From Eledone cirrhosa (taxonomy: Eukaryota), in the NCBI GenBank assembly GCA_964016885.1, contig OZ024749.1:44392001-44456000 (forward strand): DNA of 64,000 bases, in the 5' to 3' direction. The notes below the pieces were generated by a model. It was not told the origin of the DNA. It worked only from the letters and a program-made list of their open reading frames with translations, and searched no databases. Positions 57,588-64,000 of this stretch are shown here, one piece after another. Within the stretch, counting starts at the first letter, position 1. The number at the start of each line of letters is the position of its first letter. Both the position numbers and the translations under genes were made by a program.

Positions 57588-57919
57588 TGTGTGTTTGTGA
57601 GTGTGTTTGTGTGTGAGTATGTTCGTGTATCTATGTATACATGTGTATAAGTGTAAGCATTTGTGGGTGACTAAATCAACAGCCTTGTATCAGGGACGAC
57701 CAAAAGCACGATTGTATGCTTCATATAGAATCCTTACTCTCGTACAACAAATGTTTACTTAGCACGAATATGTTTTCCTATTTTGTACAGGATAAAAGGC
57801 AGAAATACTTCTGACTCCCTACCGCCTGTTCTCAGCTTTGTGTATTCGCATAAATATACATAAAAAACAGTACACATACACAGATATTTATTTATGCGTA
57901 CGTATGTTTACTGTCTCTA

Positions 57920-57983
<64 letters not shown>

Positions 57984-58028
57984 ATAAATATGTATATATG
58001 TGTGTTTATAAACATATATGTGTCTGTA

Positions 58029-58092
<64 letters not shown>

Positions 58093-58187
58093 GATCCTCT
58101 TGTTGATAATATCTGGTTCCTCCTCATCATCATCACCCTACTCTATACCTTTCCATAGTCATAGTAGTAGACGTATGGATTATTGGG

Positions 58188-58233
<46 letters not shown>

Positions 58234-58267
58234 TTTCATTTATTAGCCACAAGGGCCGACATGTAGG

Positions 58268-58322
<55 letters not shown>

Positions 58323-58735
58323 AATGATAATAATAATAATAACAACAAAATAATAATAATTATTATTACTAATAATATTATTATTACTATTATTATCATT
58401 ATTACTGTCATATCATTTATTCGTATCACTTTACTATGTATATTTATATAAGAAGTGAAAATCTTTCTGAAAACTGCTTTAGAGAATTTGCTGTTTAATA
58501 TAGCTTTTGTAATATCTATTTTTTTTTCGTTCTACCCTCCTGTCGCACATTCTTTACTATGAAATATATATAGAGAGAAAAAGTAACAATTCCTATAAAG
58601 CTATTGTACTCAAGAGATATTTAAATAAACATATGTCGACATCGTAAATGTTATGTTTGAAAAGAAACCAATGTGCAAAAAAATGGACGCTCTCGCACCA
58701 GATCGCATTGGTGAAGCATCCATATTTGTGTGTGC

Positions 58736-58791
<56 letters not shown>

Positions 58792-58826
58792 ATATATATA
58801 TTTAGATAGATAAATATATATACATA

Positions 58827-58877
<51 letters not shown>

Positions 58878-58920
58878 TATATATATATATATATATTTAT
58901 TATATATATATATGTATCTA

Positions 58921-59025
<105 letters not shown>

Positions 59026-59210
59026 CTATTTCAATATATATATATACACACACATATATATATATATACACACATATATATATATATGCACACACATATA
59101 TATATATATATTTATATATATATATAAATATATATACACATATATATATATACTCTGCATATATATTTATATTTATATATATATATATATACCTTGTATA
59201 TATATATAGA

Positions 59211-59284
<74 letters not shown>

Positions 59285-59404
59285 TTGTATATAAATATAT
59301 GTATATATTATATATATATACTCTGTATACATATTTATATATACAGTATATATTTGTGTTTATCTAGCGTGGAAGATAGACGTTAAACAATGATGATGAT
59401 GATG

Positions 59405-59488
<84 letters not shown>

Positions 59489-60087
59489 TATATTACTCAA
59501 ACGTTTATGTAGCACTTCCTATCGATCTACTTGCTGTATGTGTATATTTATTTACACACACTTGCAGATACATCGTCACATGTATGTATACAATGAAGGT
59601 TTCCCTACCCCTATTTAACTTTCTCTGCAGATATATATATATATATACATAAAATCATACCCTACCCATCGAAATCATGGGGCCACCTTTTATATCAGTT
59701 TGATAAGAAATTACCTGGTGCTCCTCGCCTTTTTTATGTCAACAGTGCAGATATGTTTCACGTACTAACTTCCTTTTCAGTTCAGATCCAACGAAATAAC
59801 TATCAATTTCTCTTTGTCCGGTGATATTATTCTAGAATGGGGTATCTCAACACGACCGTGTGATTTTGGGACTTTGGCGTACATTTTCTAAATCATCAAA
59901 ACTTTCACCTCCCACCCACAAAAGAAAGGCTAGTTTTTCTGTTCTAAAGAAACATAAACACGAACGTATGTACACATATACACTCTTGGAAATGGCTTGC
60001 GCAACACAGCTCGGAAGCAGTAGGCATCGCGGTCGGATTTTTACCTTCCTTGATATGTGTATGCATATACACATACACAGATATATG

Positions 60088-60183
<96 letters not shown>

Positions 60184-60310
60184 TATAATTTCTCCTTTAT
60201 TTGTGGTGATCAGTTGTTCTTTGTTTTGATTGGTTGTTTGGGGAAGAACAATCCATGATCTCTCTCTCTTTCTCGCTCTCTCTCTGTCCATCTCTTTCTA
60301 TCTCTCTCTC

Positions 60311-60378
<68 letters not shown>

Positions 60379-61489
60379 GAGTGTGTCATGGAGATTATCA
60401 TAAACGTAGTTACGTTGAAATAAGTTGGTAGGGAATACCAACATTGCTGACAAGACATGTCTCTCTCTCTTTTTTTTAGCAGCCAATAGAAAAGGAACTC
60501 TATGCAACATGGGCAGATGTAGATCCACCGTCCATTCACAAAAAATCACCATTCCTTAGCTTACTCACTACGCAATGCAATCTATTTTAGATAAGAGCAG
60601 ACGTTTCATGCCAATCTAGAAACATCATGTAGTTTGCTGCACAGGAGAGATCTAATCACGAATGTACTCAGCCAGTTAGAGAACCAGGACCGAACATATA
60701 ATTCTGTTTCCAATTATCATTTTGTCTTAGTTCGCTACTCCCGTTTACTATCCCACTGTCCACCCACCATTCATTTCCATCCATTTAGTGAACGATCTCT
60801 CTAACTAACCAACCATCCATCCAAACATCCATCCATCTATCCAACCACCCTACCAACCAATACATCAACCAGTCAGCTAGCCAACCATCAATCCATCCCA
60901 AATAAGCAATCATATTAATTCTAAAACAACTAAAAGTCGTCGTCACATCGGCAGCAAGTGAGCCAGTGAAGAATGCAAGCGAGAATGCTTGTCACACAGT
61001 CTATCTGATACATATACATCACAAACATCCATTCCATCATCAATCTCCAAACCAAACCACGCCAAGCCCAACCAAACCAATTCCAAGATCGTGTCCTCAC
61101 ATTACCAGCCACTTGCTGTTCTACCGCCTACACATACAGCACTCCATCACACAAACACATAAACACACACACACACATACACACAAACACTCACACATAA
61201 GCCTCCTTCCCTAACAACTTACGACAAACCGCAAAGCCAGTGGAAAAAAAAGCTAATAATAAAACTAAGAGAAACAATCAGCTATGGTAATTATAGTGTT
61301 GACACGAAACACTGGGTTTCTCTGTAATTCTGGCGTGATTATGTCATAACAACATTGCCTAGTTAGAAGCGGTAGTCAATTAGTGTTGAGAACCGCTAGA
61401 ACCGTATGTAGAGGTAGGAAGGGGGGGGGGGGGAGTATTGATGTGTTTTGGGAAGATGAGAGTCTCTGGCATGCTAGCGTGATGGTGCT

Positions 61490-61990
61490 TTACTGGTGGT
61501 ATTGGTGGTGTTGGTGGTGTTGGTGGTGCTGTTATTAGTGGTATTGGTGATGCTGCTTTGCTGGTGGTTCTGCTGATGGTGTTGATTTTGGTGCTGTTTT
61601 TGTTGGTGTTGTTTTGGTGGTGTTGGTGATGGTTTTGGTGGTGTTGGTGATGGTGATGGTTTTGGTGGTGTTGGTGTTGGTGTTATTTTTGTGATGTTAT
61701 TTTGGTGGTGTTGGTGATGGCGTTGTTTTGGTGGTGTGTTAGTGGTGGTATGGTTGTGGTTGCGGGGGGTGTTGTTGATGGTGTTGTTCTTGGTGGTGGT
61801 TGTGGTGGTGCTGGTGAAATTGTTGCTTTTAATGGTTGTTGTTGTGGTGGTTTAAGTGCTGGTAGTGTTGGTTGTGATGGCGGTCTGTGGTTTTTGTGTG
61901 ATAGTGGTGGAGGAAATTTTGATGATGGTTTTTGTGATAATGGGGGTCGCTGTTGGAGGGGGCGGGGATATATTTGTCATGATGGTAATG
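61490..61990. repeat. Degenerate (GGT)n low-complexity tract
   Basis: Visible directly. Confidence 0.88.
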
Positions 61991-62340
61991 GTGATTATAT
62001 GAAATCATGGTAATAGTAGCACCGACTGCGGGGGCGTTGGTTGTAGTAATAGAAAGAACAGTCGTGACGGTGGCGAAATTGATGAGAGTGGTGATGGAGG
62101 TGGCTGCTAAGAGAATAACGAAGGATGTATTTACGAAAAACGGTGAATAATTGGAAGGGAATTGGTAGTAGTGTGAGGTGGGTGTAGAACTGAGAAGGAG
62201 AACTGATAGGTAGATAGATATATCAACTGGGCCGTAGTGAGGAAGGTATATTACTTACAGATAATTATAAACAGTCTAACACACATACACACACACACAC
62301 ACATATGTATATCAATACATTGTATGTATATATATATATA

Positions 62341-62386
<46 letters not shown>

Positions 62387-62459
62387 TGGTATGATAAATA
62401 GATAGACAGGCAAAGGTAGAGAACGACAAAAAGGGGGAACGAGGGAGTTGGCTATTAGG

Positions 62460-62846
<387 letters not shown>

Positions 62847-63182
62847 TTGTGAAGGATAGTGACTGGTTGTAAAAAGAGGGATTAATAAAATATAGGTTTA
62901 CGGAGGAAAGGAAATTGGAAATTAGTGATAAATAATCAACGGTAATGTGATACAGGGGAGGAAGGTAGAAGAGAGTAGAGGGGAGAGGATGATAGATGGA
63001 CTAGGGAAAGGGGGAGGGATAAAGAGTGGGAGAAAGTGTATTGGGTGAAGGGAGTGTTTGGGCTCTTACGATGTGGTATACATTACAAACCATATATATA
63101 TAAGTAAATGTGTGTATATATATATATATATACACATATATATACGTCTATATATATATATATATATATATACATACTTACT

Positions 63183-63275
<93 letters not shown>

Positions 63276-63380
63276 CATACACACACACATAAATATATAT
63301 ATATATATATATATACATACACACACACACACACATATATATATACATACACACACACATAAATATATATATATAAATAC

Positions 63381-63492
<112 letters not shown>

Positions 63493-63509
63493 GCGTGTGT
63501 GTGTTAATA

Positions 63510-63655
63510 GAGCTCCGTCGGTTACTGTGATGAGTGTCCCAGTTTAACTTAGTTCACAAGGTGAAATAAAGTTTATTGCTCAATGGAGATAACGAACGCG
63601 ACCGCTGGAATCGAACTTTTGACCTTAGTATCGTATGTCAGGCACTCTAATCAAT
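63510..63655 (-). mobile_element. Degenerate, internally deleted SINE family B
   Basis: GTGAAATAAAG...TTGCTCAA...GGAATCGAACT...CACTCTAATCA is the reverse of the core and head. Confidence 0.5.
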
Positions 63656-63915
63656 AGATATATATTAAATTTCTTCATATGTTTGTGCCTGTGTATATGT
63701 ATGTATGTTTAATCCAGCAATCGACCAATAATGGTGTAAATCAAAAGTAAGCAGTTCACGACCTTTTAGGTATTACCTATATTGTATCAACCAGAGTGTC
63801 AATATAACAACAGAGAAAAGAGGCGGTATTACGTATATATATCTTTAATTTATTACATAATCCTGTTATGCACATTTCAAAGTGTTTGAAATATGTGTGT
63901 GTGTAGAGAGAGAGA

Positions 63916-63955
<40 letters not shown>

Positions 63956-63957
63956 AG

Positions 63958-63999
<42 letters not shown>

Positions 64000-64000
64000 T

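Noticed and set aside
61702-62013. Gly/Val/Cys-rich ORF resembling a structural protein
   Set aside because: It derives from a degenerate (GGT)n tract, has a non-ATG start and has no splice or motif support.

Overview
AT-rich eukaryotic DNA saturated with (TA)n, (CA)n, (GA)n and trinucleotide repeats, with one 200-N assembly gap at 45296-45495. The repeat content resembles a coleoid cephalopod (octopus-like) genome; this is an inference, not a database result. No host protein-coding gene can be called with confidence, and almost every ORF in the supplied track is translated microsatellite. Recognisable coding remnants are all retrotransposon: a stop-free 5'-truncated CR1/L2-group reverse transcriptase fragment (55221-56341, minus), a CR1-type C-terminus (about 13.6-14.0 kb), an RTE C-terminus containing a 7 x 108-bp tandem array (14.2-15.3 kb), and an internally deleted RTE-like element (41.8-42.4 kb). 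There are about 20 copies or fragments of one tRNA-derived SINE and several of a second. The most interesting signal is a set of short elements, mostly embedded in (TA)n, that carry minimal type-I hammerhead ribozyme motifs like those in Penelope-like element terminal repeats. Several are asymmetric fold-back palindromes, and in five copies from two families the fold-back centre coincides with the predicted ribozyme stem II. A few unique-sequence islands carry minus-strand splice signals, so the window may lie in the large introns of an unidentified minus-strand gene. Repeat boundaries were read by eye and are approximate.
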